Under the pieces are notes generated by a model. The model was not told the DNA's origin. It saw only the letters and a program-made list of their open reading frames with translations, and searched no databases. The translations under genes were made by a program, and so were the position numbers. A stretch of DNA of 64,000 nucleotides from Syntrophales bacterium (GTDB lineage: Bacteria; Desulfobacterota; Syntrophia; Syntrophales; UBA4778), in assembly GCA_963665615.2 (NCBI GenBank), contig CAXXQE010000008.1, positions 372,001-436,000 on the forward strand. The letters run 5' to 3'. Below are positions 32,048 through 44,025 of this stretch, piece by piece. Numbering within the stretch: the stretch's first letter is position 1; each line of letters opens with the position of its first letter.

Positions 32048-32246
32048 AGGAACGTAATCCCAAAAAGGCATACATATCAGCCCTCCCTTTTTGAGAGTTA
32101 AATTTCAAATTGCTGCCTATTAATTAATCCACAGGTTTGAAACAAATCACCCATGGTTATCGATCAGCACAAGTAAGAGCAGAATGTGACTGTTTTCCTG
32201 CGGCATGGATAACATCAGCAGGAATGATCATGAATAGGATAATAAA

Positions 32247-33494
32247 ATGAATGTCGTAGAGTTGAAGAAAAAGCCGATCAGCGAACTGAACATCATCGCC
32301 AAGGATCTCAATGTGCCAGGCGCCAGCGGCATGCGCAAGCAGGACCTCATCTTTGCCATCCTGCAAGCCCAGACCGAAAAGAATGGTCTCATTTCCGGAG
32401 AGGGGGTTCTCGAAATCCTGCCGGACGGTTTCGGTTTCCTGCGGGCCGTCGATTACAATTACCTGCCGGGGCCGGACGATATTTATGTCTCGCCATCCCA
32501 GATCCGGCGCTTCAATCTCAGGACCGGCGATACCATTTCCGGAGAGGTCAGGCCACCGAAAGAGGGCGAAAAATACTTCGCGCTTCTCAAAGTCGATTCA
32601 GTCAACTTCGAGAGCGCCGAGGCGGCAAAGGACAAAATCCTCTTCGACAACCTGACCCCCCTGTATCCGGAGCAGAAATTCAACCTCGAGTATGATCCTG
32701 AGAATTACTCCACCCGCATCATGGATCTGTTCACACCGATCGGCATGGGGCAGCGCGGTCTGATCGTTTCACCCCCCCGGGCCGGCAAGACCGTGTTAAT
32801 GAAGGACATCGCCCACAGCATCTCGGCCAATCATCCGGATGTGATCCTGATGGTCCTGCTGATCGACGAACGCCCCGAAGAAGTCACCGATATGGAAAGA
32901 AACGTCAAAGGAGAGGTTATCGCCTCGACCTTCGACGAACCGGCGACGCGGCATGTCCAGGTTGCGGAAATGGTAATCGAGAAGGCCAAACGCCTCGTCG
33001 AGCACAAGAAAGACGTTGTTATCCTCCTCGACAGCATTACCCGTCTGGCCCGCGCCTACAACACGGTTGTTCCGCCCAGCGGCAAGGTCCTCTCGGGCGG
33101 CGTGGATTCCAATGCACTGCATAAACCCAAACGTTTCTTCGGAGCCGCACGCAACATCGAGGCCGGCGGAAGCCTGACCATCATTGCGACTGCCCTGATT
33201 GATACCGGCAGCCGTATGGATGAAGTCATTTTCGAAGAATTCAAGGGAACCGGCAACATGGAACTGCATCTGGATCGCAAGATAGCCGACCGCCGCGTTT
33301 TCCCCGCCTTCGACTTGATCCGTTCCGGTACGCGCAAGGAAGAGTTGCTGACGCCGAAGGAAAATCTCAACCGCATTTGGATCCTGAGGCGGTTGTTGCA
33401 GGAAATGAACCCGGTCGATGCAATGGAATTTATTATTGACAAAGTTCGCAAAACGGAGAAAAACACGGAATTCCTGAATTCCATGAATCAGTAA
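32247..33494 (+). CDS. rho: Transcription termination factor Rho
   Basis: [30 protein letters not shown]. Confidence 0.99.
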   Translation: MNVVELKKKPISELNIIAKDLNVPGASGMRKQDLIFAILQAQTEKNGLISGEGVLEILPDGFGFLRAVDYNYLPGPDDIYVSPSQIRRFNLRTGDTISGEVRPPKEGEKYFALLKVDSVNFESAEAAKDKILFDNLTPLYPEQKFNLEYDPENYSTRIMDLFTPIGMGQRGLIVSPPRAGKTVLMKDIAHSISANHPDVILMVLLIDERPEEVTDMERNVKGEVIASTFDEPATRHVQVAEMVIEKAKRLVEHKKDVVILLDSITRLARAYNTVVPPSGKVLSGGVDSNALHKPKRFFGAARNIEAGGSLTIIATALIDTGSRMDEVIFEEFKGTGNMELHLDRKIADRRVFPAFDLIRSGTRKEELLTPKENLNRIWILRRLLQEMNPVDAMEFIIDKVRKTEKNTEFLNSMNQ

Positions 33495-33522
33495 TTTACT
33501 ATCAAATACCAGGAGTTGGTGA

Positions 33523-33741
33523 TTGGCCATGAAAAAAGACATCCACCCCGAATACAACGAAACGACAATTACATGTGTTTGCGGAAACGTAATCAAGACC
33601 CGATCCACCCGACAGGATATCAAGGTGGAAATCTGCTCCAACTGCCATCCCTTTATGACCGGCAAGCAGAAGATCATTGATACGGCCGGACGGGTTGAGC
33701 GGTTCCAGAAGAAGTACGAAAAGAAAACCAAGCAGGCCTAA
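33523..33741 (+). CDS. rpmE: 50S ribosomal protein L31 (zinc-binding type)
   Basis: MKKDIHP, CVCG, CSNCHPF, GRVERF. Confidence 0.97.
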   Translation: MAMKKDIHPEYNETTITCVCGNVIKTRSTRQDIKVEICSNCHPFMTGKQKIIDTAGRVERFQKKYEKKTKQA

Positions 33742-33840
33742 GGCAGCGGAATATGAAGGGCCCGATGCCATCCATGCGGGTGGTTGCGGGCCTTTCTTTG
33801 TTCATAACCTTTCGTCATCAAAACAGAGTCAGATCGCAAC

Positions 33841-34914
33841 ATGTTTGGAAAACTCAAGGACATAGCGCAGAGATACGAAGACCTGGAGAAAAAGCTGGGG
33901 GATCCCGACGTCGTCGGCAACCGCGCGGAATACCAAAAGCTCGCCAAAGAGCTCTCCGACCTGAGGGAAATCGTTGAGACTTTTCGTCAGTACGAAAAAA
34001 CGACCCGGCAGATTGAAGAGGATCTGAAGCTCCTTGAGGAAAACGACGAGGAGTTGAAAGAACTCCTCAAAGAAGAACTCCCCGTCCTCAAGACCCTAAA
34101 GGAAAAGCAAGAAAGCGAACTGAAGATCCTCCTGCTTCCGAAGGATCCCAATGACGACAAGAATGTCTTCCTGGAAATTCGAGCCGGCACCGGTGGCGAC
34201 GAGGCGGCGCTCTTTGCAGCCGATCTCTTCCGGATGTACGCCCGTTATGCCGAGCTCTTTAAATGGAAGGTCGAGATAATGAGCAGCAACTCCGCCAGCG
34301 GCATGGGGGGATTTAAGGAGATCATCGCCCTGATCGAGGGGCAGGGAGCCTACCGGCGTCTCAAATATGAAAGCGGCGTCCACCGCGTCCAGCGCGTTCC
34401 GGTTACCGAGGCGCAGGGTCGAATCCATACATCTGCCGTCACCGTTGCCGTATTGCCTGAAGCCGAGGAAGTGGAGCTCACCATCGATCCCAATGAGATC
34501 AGGGTCGACGTCTATCGCTCCAGCGGCTGCGGCGGCCAGAGCGTCAATACCACCGATTCGGCGGTTCGGATTACGCATCTGCCGACGGGTCTGATCGTCA
34601 CCTGCCAGGATGAAAAGTCCCAGCTCAAAAACAAGAACAAGGCCATGAAGGTTCTGCGGGCCAGGTTGCTGGATCGAATGATTGAAGAGAGGGACTCGAA
34701 GATCTCGGAGGCCCGGAAGAATCAGGTCGGAAGCGGCGACCGAAGCGAACGGATCCGGACCTATAACTTCCCGCAGGGACGCGTCACCGATCACCGTATC
34801 GGTCTGACGCTTTACAATCTCGACAAGATCCTGGATGGAGACCTTCAACCCATCATCGATGCGCTCACAACTCATTACCAGACAGAGGCATTGAAGCAAT
34901 CCGCCGAGCAATAA
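33841..34914 (+). CDS. prfA: Peptide chain release factor 1
   Basis: PVT motif, [11 protein letters not shown]. Confidence 0.98.
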   Translation: MFGKLKDIAQRYEDLEKKLGDPDVVGNRAEYQKLAKELSDLREIVETFRQYEKTTRQIEEDLKLLEENDEELKELLKEELPVLKTLKEKQESELKILLLPKDPNDDKNVFLEIRAGTGGDEAALFAADLFRMYARYAELFKWKVEIMSSNSASGMGGFKEIIALIEGQGAYRRLKYESGVHRVQRVPVTEAQGRIHTSAVTVAVLPEAEEVELTIDPNEIRVDVYRSSGCGGQSVNTTDSAVRITHLPTGLIVTCQDEKSQLKNKNKAMKVLRARLLDRMIEERDSKISEARKNQVGSGDRSERIRTYNFPQGRVTDHRIGLTLYNLDKILDGDLQPIIDALTTHYQTEALKQSAEQ

Positions 34915-35002
34915 CCCTAACACTCGCCCGACCCGGCAATTGAAAACTCACCGGAGCAAGCTTCGGCTAACCTACAATTTCCAAGGCAGAATGCTTCCTT
35001 TC

Positions 35003-35034
35003 AACGCTAAACCTTGAACTCGAAACTCGAAACT
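35003..35034. repeat. Degenerate 7-mer array (AACTCGA)n
   Basis: AACGCTA AACCTTG AACTCGA AACTCGA AACT. Confidence 0.6.
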
Positions 35035-35077
35035 ACGCGAGAAGTTGGGCAGAATTCGGTTGATAATTTTCTGAAAC

Positions 35078-35938
35078 ATGTTAAATCGCATGGCGAAGCC
35101 TGATATCCTGACAGCATTGAAAGACGCCTCTGCCGCATTGACGGCAAGCGCCTCCCCCAGGCTGGATGCGGAAATCCTTCTGGCGCATTGTCTTCATCTG
35201 CAACGGGTGGATCTGTATCGCAATCCCGAAAGGGTTCTGACGGATGAAGAAGTCGATGCCTTTCGCCGCACACTCGCGCGACGAAAGTCGGGGGAGCCGA
35301 TCGCTTATATCATCGGTCGCAAAGAGTTCTGGTCCATGACCTTTACGGTTGACCGTCGCGTTCTGATCCCTAGGCCCGATACGGAAATCCTGGTCGAGGA
35401 AGCAATCAGGATCTGCGGGGAATACGGCTGCCGAACCCTGTTAGAAATAGGAACGGGAAGCGGCGCGATTAGTGTGGCCCTGGCGGCGACCCTGCCGGAT
35501 CTGGAAATCACGGCGACCGATCTTTCGCCGGGGGCGCTCATACTGGCCAGGGAAAATGCTGCAGCCAATGGCGTAGCGGAACGTATCCGGTTTCTCCACG
35601 GAGACCTCTTCGAGCCGGTGAAGGAAAAGCACTTTGACGTCATCGTCTCGAATCCCCCGTATATTGCGGAGGACGACTACCAAAGGCTCCCTGAAGGGGT
35701 CCGCTGTTTCGAACCGGCCTTGGCTTTGCTTGCAAGACCGTTCGGCTCGGCGTTTCACCGCAGGATCATCGAAGGAGGCGGAGAACTCTTGACACCGCGC
35801 GGCTGGATCCTGATGGAATGCGGTGAGGGCCAGGCCCAGCGGATTTCAGATATTTTTCATGAAAACCAATTCGGCGACTGCTGTATCATAAAGGACTATA
35901 GCGGCCTGGATCGGGTCGTCGAAGCCAGAAAGGACTGA
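35078..35938 (+). CDS. prmC: Release factor glutamine methyltransferase
   Basis: [20 protein letters not shown]. Confidence 0.96.
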   Translation: MLNRMAKPDILTALKDASAALTASASPRLDAEILLAHCLHLQRVDLYRNPERVLTDEEVDAFRRTLARRKSGEPIAYIIGRKEFWSMTFTVDRRVLIPRPDTEILVEEAIRICGEYGCRTLLEIGTGSGAISVALAATLPDLEITATDLSPGALILARENAAANGVAERIRFLHGDLFEPVKEKHFDVIVSNPPYIAEDDYQRLPEGVRCFEPALALLARPFGSAFHRRIIEGGGELLTPRGWILMECGEGQAQRISDIFHENQFGDCCIIKDYSGLDRVVEARKD

Positions 35939-35940
35939 GA

Positions 35941-37191
35941 TTGGACAAGATCGTCATACAAGGCGGCCGCAAACTCCGCGGAGAGGTTCGAATCAGCGGT
36001 TCGAAAAACGCGGCGCTCCCGGTTATTGCTTCGGCATTGCTCACCGACGGATGGAACACCTTTCACAATGTCCCCAACCTGATGGACATCAAGACCATCC
36101 GGAAGCTTCTTGAAAATTTCGGCGTTCAGTGCGAGGGGGGCGAGACACTCCGGCTCAACGCTGAAAAACTTCACAACTTCGAAGCACCTTACGAACTGGT
36201 CAAAACCATGCGGGCTTCCATCCTCGTGCTCGGTCCTTTGGTGGCAAAATATGGGCGGGCCCGGGTTTCCTTGCCCGGCGGGTGCGCTATCGGCGCCAGA
36301 CCTGTCAACCTTCACATCAAGGCTCTGGAGGAACTTGGCGCCAAGATCGATCTGAAGGACGGTTACTTGGAGGCAACGGCGCAAAGGCTCCGGGGAGCGA
36401 CCATTTACTTCGACCTGGCCACTGTTACCGGTACGGAAAATATCATGATGGCCGCCGCCCTTGCCCGTGGAACAACTGTCTTGGAAAATGCCGCCCGTGA
36501 ACCGGAAATTGTCAATCTGGCCGACGTGCTAAACGCCATGGGCGCCAGAATTGAAGGGGCTGGGACGGACGTCATTACAATAGAAGGGGTGGACGTCCTC
36601 CACCCTGTTGAGGCCAACATCATTCCGGACAGAATAGAGGCCGGAACCTATATGATCGCTGCCGGGATGACTGGGGGCAATATAAAACTCCTGGATTGCG
36701 AAGTCGCCCACCTCGAAGCCCTGATTTTCAAGCTCAAGGACGCGGGCTTGTCGGTCACACCGGAAGAAGGCGGCGTACGGATCTCTGGAAGCGGCAGAAC
36801 TCACAGTATCGACATCAAAACGCTCCCCTATCCGGGCTTTCCGACCGATCTGCAGGCCCAGTTCATGGCTCTCATGGCCGTGAGCGACGGATCGAGTGTC
36901 ATTACGGAAACCGTTTTCGAAAACCGGTTTATGCACGTCAGCGAATTGATCCGGATGGGTGCAGACATTACCATTCATGGCAACACGGCCCTGGTCAAAG
37001 GGGTCTCTGCCCTAAAGGGCGCACCCGTTATGGCAACGGACCTTCGGGCCTCCGCCTCCTTAATTCTGGCCGCGCTTACGGCAGAGGGGGAAACGGAATT
37101 GTCACGCGTCTATCACCTTGACAGGGGATATCAGGAAATTGAAAGGAAGCTCTCCAATCTGGGAGCCGATATCAGGAGGGTCAAACAATGA
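35941..37191 (+). CDS. murA: UDP-GlcNAc 1-carboxyvinyltransferase
   Basis: [30 protein letters not shown]. Confidence 0.98.
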   Translation: MDKIVIQGGRKLRGEVRISGSKNAALPVIASALLTDGWNTFHNVPNLMDIKTIRKLLENFGVQCEGGETLRLNAEKLHNFEAPYELVKTMRASILVLGPLVAKYGRARVSLPGGCAIGARPVNLHIKALEELGAKIDLKDGYLEATAQRLRGATIYFDLATVTGTENIMMAAALARGTTVLENAAREPEIVNLADVLNAMGARIEGAGTDVITIEGVDVLHPVEANIIPDRIEAGTYMIAAGMTGGNIKLLDCEVAHLEALIFKLKDAGLSVTPEEGGVRISGSGRTHSIDIKTLPYPGFPTDLQAQFMALMAVSDGSSVITETVFENRFMHVSELIRMGADITIHGNTALVKGVSALKGAPVMATDLRASASLILAALTAEGETELSRVYHLDRGYQEIERKLSNLGADIRRVKQ

Positions 37192-38495
37192 TGCGAATGC
37201 TGCATGCGGGGGATGCACAGTTCGAGTCCGAGTTCAGGCGCATCCGGCAGAGGGGGAAACTACTTGAGGGCCCCAGGCGCGTTGTCTCGGACATTTTGAA
37301 GGACGTGGCGGCGCAGGGCGACAAGGCCCTTTTCAAGTACACCAAAAAATTCGACGGTGCCACTCTGGATCGCCAATCGGTTCAGGTCGCGCCTCAGGAA
37401 ATCACCGCCGCTCTGAAGCACGTTCCCAAAGGCGATCTAGCCATCATCAAAATGGCAGCGAAACGGATCGAAAGATTTCATCGCAAGCAAATCGTGAAAG
37501 AAGCCAGAGACACCAGGGAGCGGGGCATTACGCTCGGCTGGCTGGTGCGCCCCATGGAGCGAATCGGAATCTATGCACCAGGCGGCTTGGCCGCCTATCC
37601 CTCCACAGTTCTAATGGCGGCCATCCCGGCGCGTGTCGCGGGGGTTCGAGAGATCGTTGTCGTCTCCCCGGCAAAAAACGGCGTTCTGAATCCGCTGGTC
37701 CTCGCCGCCGCTGCGGTGGGTGGCGTTGATCGAATCTTCAAGGTCGGAGGCGCCCAAGCTATCGCCGCACTTGCCTATGGAACGGAATCGATTCCGGCAG
37801 TGGATAAAGTTGTGGGCCCCGGAAACGCCTATGTAACGGAGGCCAAACGACTGGTCTTCGGACAGGTCGGTATCGACATGATTGCCGGGCCGAGCGAGAT
37901 CCTGATTATTGCCGATCCCAAGGCTGATCCCCGGTGTGTTGCGGCAGACCTGCTTTCCCAGGCGGAGCACGATGCACTGGCCAGCGCGATCCTGATTACA
38001 CCGTCGGCTGCCTTGGCCCGACACGTGGAGCGGGAACTCTTTGCCCAAATGGCAACGCTCTCCAGAAAGGCCATCGCAGAGGCTTCTATTCGTGATTTCG
38101 GCGCCATCATACAAACTCGCAATCTTGATGAAGCGGTCGACATTGCCAACCGCTTCGCGACAGAGCACTTGGAATTGATGGTCGAGATGCCGGAGGCCCT
38201 CTTGCCAAAAATCAGGAACGCCGGCGCCATCTTTCTGGGGGGACATACGCCGGAGGCCATCGGCGACTACCTTGCAGGACCGAGCCATATCCTGCCGACA
38301 GCAGGGACGGCGCGTTTCTCTTCCCCCCTCGGGGTCTATGATTTCATCAAGCGATCGAGCCTCATTTCTTTTTCGCCGGACGCGCTGAAACATTACGGCC
38401 CCCGGGCCGCACGCTTTGCAGAAATCGAGGGGCTCCAGGCACACAGTCTTTCCGTTGCCACTCGACTGCGGAAACGTGTTTCAAAAAAATCTTGA
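37188..38495 (+). CDS. hisD: Histidinol dehydrogenase
   Basis: [32 protein letters not shown]. Confidence 0.96.
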   Translation: MMRMLHAGDAQFESEFRRIRQRGKLLEGPRRVVSDILKDVAAQGDKALFKYTKKFDGATLDRQSVQVAPQEITAALKHVPKGDLAIIKMAAKRIERFHRKQIVKEARDTRERGITLGWLVRPMERIGIYAPGGLAAYPSTVLMAAIPARVAGVREIVVVSPAKNGVLNPLVLAAAAVGGVDRIFKVGGAQAIAALAYGTESIPAVDKVVGPGNAYVTEAKRLVFGQVGIDMIAGPSEILIIADPKADPRCVAADLLSQAEHDALASAILITPSAALARHVERELFAQMATLSRKAIAEASIRDFGAIIQTRNLDEAVDIANRFATEHLELMVEMPEALLPKIRNAGAIFLGGHTPEAIGDYLAGPSHILPTAGTARFSSPLGVYDFIKRSSLISFSPDALKHYGPRAARFAEIEGLQAHSLSVATRLRKRVSKKS

Positions 38496-38539
38496 AGAAA
38501 TGCTTCGGGTCGGCTAATGTAACGCCAATTCACCGGTTG

Positions 38540-38616
<77 letters not shown>

Positions 38617-38702
38617 TATTCTTTCAGTTACCGGTTGTTTTTGCTTGCAAATATGTCTTTTTTCTGTTAGCTATTCTTAAATTCATTCGGATGATTTCTA
38701 CT

Positions 38703-38728
38703 GAGTGGGCCTTTTAGCCCACTTTTTT
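38703..38728 (+). promoter_or_regulatory. rimP leader hairpin/attenuator
   Basis: GAGTGGGC-loop-GCCCACTT plus T run just upstream of rimP. Confidence 0.65.
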
Positions 38729-38760
38729 ATTTTATGACTTAAAACAAGCAGGTTCTACGG

Positions 38761-39276
38761 TTGCTCCAGGATACCATCAGAGAACTTATAGAGTCGGCCA
38801 TCGAGGCCGAGCATTTGGAACTAGTCGATGTTGAGTGTGTAAAGATGCACTCGCGCTGGATTATCAGGCTTTTCATCGATAAGGAGGGCGGTGTGACCCT
38901 CGGGGATTGCCAGGCAATCAGCCATCTTGCCGGTGATATTCTGGATGTTCATGAAACGCCCCCTGGGGCTTACACGCTGGAGGTTTCTTCACCGGGGCTG
39001 GATCGCGCCCTAACTCGAGACAGGGATTTCACCCGCTTTCAAGGCAGACGGATCAAGGTGAAGACGGCGGAAAAAATAGACGGCGGCCGAACTTTTTACG
39101 GAATCCTTGTCGATTATCCTCTGGAAGAGGGAAAGAAATACCTCATTCTAGATACGGAACTGAAGACCTTACGAATTCCAAAAGAGCAAATTCTGAAGGT
39201 CCAGCTGGACAGTCATGCGGAAGCACTGTCAAAAGAACCGTGCCATGGTAAAAAGACCGGCAAGAAATCATCGTAA
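38761..39276 (+). CDS. rimP: Ribosome maturation factor RimP
   Basis: FIDKEGGVTLGDC, YTLEVSSPGLDR. Confidence 0.95.
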   Translation: MLQDTIRELIESAIEAEHLELVDVECVKMHSRWIIRLFIDKEGGVTLGDCQAISHLAGDILDVHETPPGAYTLEVSSPGLDRALTRDRDFTRFQGRRIKVKTAEKIDGGRTFYGILVDYPLEEGKKYLILDTELKTLRIPKEQILKVQLDSHAEALSKEPCHGKKTGKKSS

Positions 39277-39322
39277 TATCACGATTGAGAATATTTTTTA
39301 GGCTGATGGAGGGCGAAACTCA

Positions 39323-40582
39323 ATGTTACCGGAACTCAAACGTCTAATCGAACAGATGGGCAAGGAAAAGGGATTAGACAAGCAGATTATTATTGAGGCG
39401 CTGGAAACTGCAATGGTGACGGCTGCCAAGAAAAAGCTCGGAACAAAGGCGGACATTGAAGCGCGTTACAATGAAGATGTGGGCGAGATCGAGGTCTTTC
39501 AATTCAAAACGGTCGTTGACAAGGCGTTAGACCCTGATACGCAAATTACCCGGGAAGAGGCCAGACACTTTTTCGACGAAGAGGCCGAACCCGGTGACAG
39601 TCTTGGCATGAAGATCGAAACCGGTACATTCGGAAGAATCGCGGCCCAGACGGCGAAACAGATCATCATCCAAAAAGTCAAAGATGCGGAACGCGACAAC
39701 ATCTACGATGAGTTCAAGGACAAGAAGGGCGAACTGATCAACGGCTTCGTCCAAAGGTTTGACGGCAACAACATCATCGTCAACCTGGGGCGAACGGAAG
39801 GGGTCGTTCCGCAATCCGAACAGATTCACCGCGAGATCTTCAAACGAGGTGAAAGGATTCGGGCCTATGTTTACGATGTCAAGCGGATTTCCAAAGGCCC
39901 CCAGGTCATTCTCTCCAGGACGCACCCCGGTTTTCTACGGGCGCTTTTTGATATGGAGGTGCCGGAGATCGCCGAAGGGCTCATTGAAATCGTGAGTGTC
40001 TCGAGAGAACCCGGCAACCGATCGAAGATATCCGTCAAGACCAAAGACAAGGATATTGATCCGGTGGGCGCCTGTGTCGGCATGCGTGGATCAAGAGTCC
40101 AGAGTGTCGTTCAGGAACTAAAGGGGGAAAAAATCGACGTGGTTCCCTACGCCGACGACCCTGTGAAGTATGTCTGCAGTGCGCTGTCTCCAGCAAAGGT
40201 AGACAAAGTCTTCCTCTATGAGGATATTCATTCCATGGAGGTTATTGTACCAGACGATCAGTTGTCGCTCGCCATCGGGAAAAGCGGCCAAAACGTTCGC
40301 TTAGCCGCACGGTTGACCGGATGGAAAATCGATGTCAAGAGCGAATCCATGACCAAGAAATCCGATGAAGGATTTAAGTCACTGATGACCATACCGGATA
40401 TGAGTGAAGAGATGGCTGACAGGCTCTTCAAAGCAGGCTTCAAGAGCATCTCCACGATCGCATCAGCCGAACTGTCGATGTTAACAGTCATTGAAGGTGT
40501 CAGTGAAGAAACGGCGCAAACCTGGATTGAGGCCGCGGGCAAGATTATCGCCGAGGAAGCGGTTATGGTAAAAAACACGTAA
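39323..40582 (+). CDS. nusA: Transcription factor NusA
   Basis: FGRIAAQTAKQ, DPVGACVG, LSLAIGK. Confidence 0.98.
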   Translation: MLPELKRLIEQMGKEKGLDKQIIIEALETAMVTAAKKKLGTKADIEARYNEDVGEIEVFQFKTVVDKALDPDTQITREEARHFFDEEAEPGDSLGMKIETGTFGRIAAQTAKQIIIQKVKDAERDNIYDEFKDKKGELINGFVQRFDGNNIIVNLGRTEGVVPQSEQIHREIFKRGERIRAYVYDVKRISKGPQVILSRTHPGFLRALFDMEVPEIAEGLIEIVSVSREPGNRSKISVKTKDKDIDPVGACVGMRGSRVQSVVQELKGEKIDVVPYADDPVKYVCSALSPAKVDKVFLYEDIHSMEVIVPDDQLSLAIGKSGQNVRLAARLTGWKIDVKSESMTKKSDEGFKSLMTIPDMSEEMADRLFKAGFKSISTIASAELSMLTVIEGVSEETAQTWIEAAGKIIAEEAVMVKNT

Positions 40583-40650
40583 TAAATTATCCAGACTATG
40601 CAACATGATCGTTGATGGAAGCGTTACGGGATTGATGAAGGAGCTAAGGG

Positions 40651-43161
40651 ATGTCTAAAGCAAGGGTTTACGAATTAGCGAAGGAGCTTGGCCTAGAAAA
40701 CAAGGATCTGATTTCTCGACTAGAGAAGCTGGGCATCGCCGTAAAATCTCATTCGAGTACCCTGGAAGATGCCGACGTTGAACGAATCCGAAGAGAGTTG
40801 ACGTCAGGCAGCTCCAAGGAAATTGAAGAAACGCGCGTTAAGTCAACGGTCATCCGCAGACGTGCGGTCCATACGGTTGCGGATGAAATTGCGCCCGTGC
40901 AAACAGAGCAAGCCCCTGTAACGGCAATAATCCAAGAGCCCTCCCCTGCTGTGGTTATCGACAGTCATGAGGCGACTCCGACTGCTGTCGCAGGGCCGCC
41001 GGAGGTACCTCTTCAGAAGTCGGCTATTTCATCAGAGCAGAGGCCCGAGACACGCCTGCACCAAAAGGAGAAAAAAGAAGAACCTCTGAAAGAGAACGCC
41101 GCGGTCCCCTCCGTTTCTCAACCGAAAGCCGAGCAGGAATCCCCAACCCCGCCAGCTGCTCAAGTCAATAAAGCAGGGGCAGCCGTCCAGACGTTTGGAA
41201 AAAAAGCAAAGCGACCTGTTGAAATCGTCATGGAGGAGGCTCCGGCGAAAAAGAAACCCCTCTTCAAGCAGACCGTCGCCGGCAAAAAGGATAAACGATG
41301 GGAGAAGAGCGGCCGGGAGGGCGAGGAGGAAAGACCGACAAAGTGGAAAGAGGCCAAAACGCAGGCACCCATCGTCAAGATGAAGAAAACGGAGATCACG
41401 ACGCCGAAGGCCATCAAGCGGCGCATCAAGGTCGCTGAAAGCATACAAGTCGGGGAAATGGCAAAGCGACTGGGGGTGAAGGTCGCCGAGGTAATCAATA
41501 AACTCATCAAACTCGGCATCATGGCCTCCATGAATCAGGCCATTGACTTCGATACGGCCTGCCTCATTGCCGCCGAATTCGGCTACCAGGTGGAGACGGC
41601 GGGCATCGAGTACGACGAGGCGTTGGTCAAACAGGATGATGCCCCGCGGAATCTACAACCGAGGGCGCCGGTGGTCACGGTCATGGGACACGTCGATCAC
41701 GGCAAGACCTCGCTTCTTGACGCGATCCGCCAGACAAACGTCATCGACGGCGAAGCGGGCGGCATAACGCAGGCCATCGGCGCTTATCACGTGACAATCA
41801 ACGATCGGGAAATTGTATTTTTGGACACCCCAGGGCATGAGGCCTTTACGTCGATGCGCGCACGAGGCGCGCAGGCAACGGATATCGTCATCCTGGTGGT
41901 CGCGGCCGACGATGGGGTCATGGAACAGACCATTGAGGCCATCAACCATGCCAAGGCGGCTAAGGTTCCCATCATCGTTGCCGTCAACAAGATGGACAAG
42001 CCCGCCGCCAATCCGGATAAGATCACGCGTGAGCTCGCCGATTATGGGCTCGTATCGGAAGAATGGGGAGGCGATACGCTCTTTGCAAAAATCTCGGCAA
42101 AGAAGAAGGAGGGCATCGACGAATTGCTGGAATTGGTCCTCCTTCAGGCTGACGTTATGGAATTGAAGGCCGATCCCGATCGACCCGCTAGGGGCGTTAT
42201 CATCGAGGCGCAGTTGGACAAAGGACGGGGGCCGGTTGCCACTGTCTTGATCCAGGAGGGAACGCTGAACGAAGGGGATGCCTTTGTCTGCAAAACGGAA
42301 TTCGGTCGGGTTCGCGCCCTGGTTAATGACAAGGGACAACGGATCAAAAAGGCCGGTCCGTCGATACCCGTCGAAGTCATCGGGTTTTCCAATGTTCCCA
42401 GTGCCGGAACAGACTTCGTCGTTGTTGAAGATGAACGCAAAGCGCGGACAATCGGCGAATACTGGCTCAGAAAGGAACGGGAGCGCGAACTGGCTATCAG
42501 TTCCAAGGTGACCCTGGAGCAGCTGTACAGCCGAATTAAGGAAGGGGCCAAAGAATTCAACGTGATCATCAAGGGAGATGTGCAGGGCTCCATTGAGGCG
42601 GTTTCCGAGGCGCTGCTGAAATTGAGTACGCCGGATGTCCGGGTCAAGATCATCCACAGCTCCCCAGGAACAGTCACGGAAACGGATGTTCTGCTGGCTT
42701 CCGCCTCCGATGCGGTCATAATCGGCTTTAAGGTCCGACCCGATGCGCGAGTGGTTGAAATCGCCAAGGAAGAAGGCGTCGAAATCAAGCTTTACGACAT
42801 TATTTATAACATCATCAACGATGTCCGCAGCGCTATGGAAGGACTGCTCGAACCGACTTACAGGGAATTGGCCCTTGGTCGCGCCGAAGTTCGCGAGACC
42901 TTTAAAGTTCCGAAGGTTGGCACCATCGCTGGGAGCTATATCTTGGACGGGAAGGTCACACGTGATGCCAAGGTGCGACTGGTCCGCAATGGCGTAACGG
43001 TATACGACGGAAAGATCTTCTCGCTGAAACGCTTTAAGGATGATGCGCGAGAGGTCGCCGCGGGCTACGAGTGCGGTATCGGCATTGAGGGGTATAACGA
43101 TATCAAAACCGGCGATATTATTGAGGCATACACGGAGGAAAAGGTAGAGCGCAAACTCTAG
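40651..43161 (+). CDS. infB: Translation initiation factor IF-2
   Basis: [29 protein letters not shown]. Confidence 0.99.
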   Translation: MSKARVYELAKELGLENKDLISRLEKLGIAVKSHSSTLEDADVERIRRELTSGSSKEIEETRVKSTVIRRRAVHTVADEIAPVQTEQAPVTAIIQEPSPAVVIDSHEATPTAVAGPPEVPLQKSAISSEQRPETRLHQKEKKEEPLKENAAVPSVSQPKAEQESPTPPAAQVNKAGAAVQTFGKKAKRPVEIVMEEAPAKKKPLFKQTVAGKKDKRWEKSGREGEEERPTKWKEAKTQAPIVKMKKTEITTPKAIKRRIKVAESIQVGEMAKRLGVKVAEVINKLIKLGIMASMNQAIDFDTACLIAAEFGYQVETAGIEYDEALVKQDDAPRNLQPRAPVVTVMGHVDHGKTSLLDAIRQTNVIDGEAGGITQAIGAYHVTINDREIVFLDTPGHEAFTSMRARGAQATDIVILVVAADDGVMEQTIEAINHAKAAKVPIIVAVNKMDKPAANPDKITRELADYGLVSEEWGGDTLFAKISAKKKEGIDELLELVLLQADVMELKADPDRPARGVIIEAQLDKGRGPVATVLIQEGTLNEGDAFVCKTEFGRVRALVNDKGQRIKKAGPSIPVEVIGFSNVPSAGTDFVVVEDERKARTIGEYWLRKERERELAISSKVTLEQLYSRIKEGAKEFNVIIKGDVQGSIEAVSEALLKLSTPDVRVKIIHSSPGTVTETDVLLASASDAVIIGFKVRPDARVVEIAKEEGVEIKLYDIIYNIINDVRSAMEGLLEPTYRELALGRAEVRETFKVPKVGTIAGSYILDGKVTRDAKVRLVRNGVTVYDGKIFSLKRFKDDAREVAAGYECGIGIEGYNDIKTGDIIEAYTEEKVERKL

Positions 43162-43164
43162 TAT

Positions 43165-43314
43165 TGAAAAGGCTTAGAGACAAGGCCGCGCAAGGATCGA
43201 GCTGCAAAGCATCCTTTCAGGCGTAAGTGAATGTGAGCATGCGCTTGTCGCGGCGTTTGTCCAGACGCAGTATCGGGGAGATCCGAAGCGCAACGATGTA
43301 TATGAGCCTTTTCA
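43165..43314. mobile_element. Candidate MITE-like palindromic element
   Basis: 12-bp terminal inverted repeats TGAAAAGGCTTA / TGAGCCTTTTCA (1 mismatch) around a non-coding core. Confidence 0.5.
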
Positions 43315-43334
43315 CCCAGCCTGCATGGTGAGAC

Positions 43335-43679
43335 ATGGTTGTTGCGACCGGCATCCTTGAAATTCGCATCCATGAGAGTCGTTCCCTCAAGGATAAGCGG
43401 GGGGTTTTGCGCAGCATCATCAAAAGGGTGCAGAATAAATTCAGTATATCCATCGCAGAGGTAGGGAAGATGGATCACTGGAAGGAAGGGCAAATCGGTT
43501 TTGCCTTGGTCGGCAGCGATGTCAGCTACATCACTGCCAGGGCTGACGGCATACTGGCATTTATCGAGGACCTCTGCTTGGCTGATATCGTCAGGTCCGA
43601 TATCGAGATTATGAGCCTTTCACAGAAGGAAGCACCCTACCATCAAAAGTTGAACAGACATGACGTTGAAAAGATCTGA
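43335..43679 (+). CDS. DUF503 (YlxP) protein
   Basis: SLKDKR..LRSII.RV.NKF.ISIAEV; between infB and rbfA. Confidence 0.9.
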   Translation: MVVATGILEIRIHESRSLKDKRGVLRSIIKRVQNKFSISIAEVGKMDHWKEGQIGFALVGSDVSYITARADGILAFIEDLCLADIVRSDIEIMSLSQKEAPYHQKLNRHDVEKI

Positions 43680-44025
43680 TAGAGTCGCCGATCTCATTCG
43701 GGCGGAGATTTCCGATATTCTCCTCAAGGAGATTCGCGATCCGAGAATTGGAACCTTGACGGTGACTGCTGTGGACCTTGCGGACGACCTGAGATCCGCA
43801 AAAGTCTTCTTCGTTCAGCTCGGAGAAGATTCTAACAGTTCATCGATGGAGGCACGATTGCAGAAGGCTGCGGGATTCTTTAAGCAGGAGCTTGGAAAGC
43901 GGCTGCAACTTCGCTATATCCCGAATCTGACATTTATCTATGACCAGTCCTTTAAATACGGCAATCGCATCGAACAGCTCCTCGCCCAGGTTAAGCGGGA
44001 GGACCATGAACCCGATCCTAGCTAA
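43660..44025 (+). CDS. rbfA: Ribosome-binding factor A
   Basis: RSDRVA, IRDPRI, LRYIPNLTF. Confidence 0.95.
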   Translation: MTLKRSDRVADLIRAEISDILLKEIRDPRIGTLTVTAVDLADDLRSAKVFFVQLGEDSNSSSMEARLQKAAGFFKQELGKRLQLRYIPNLTFIYDQSFKYGNRIEQLLAQVKREDHEPDPS

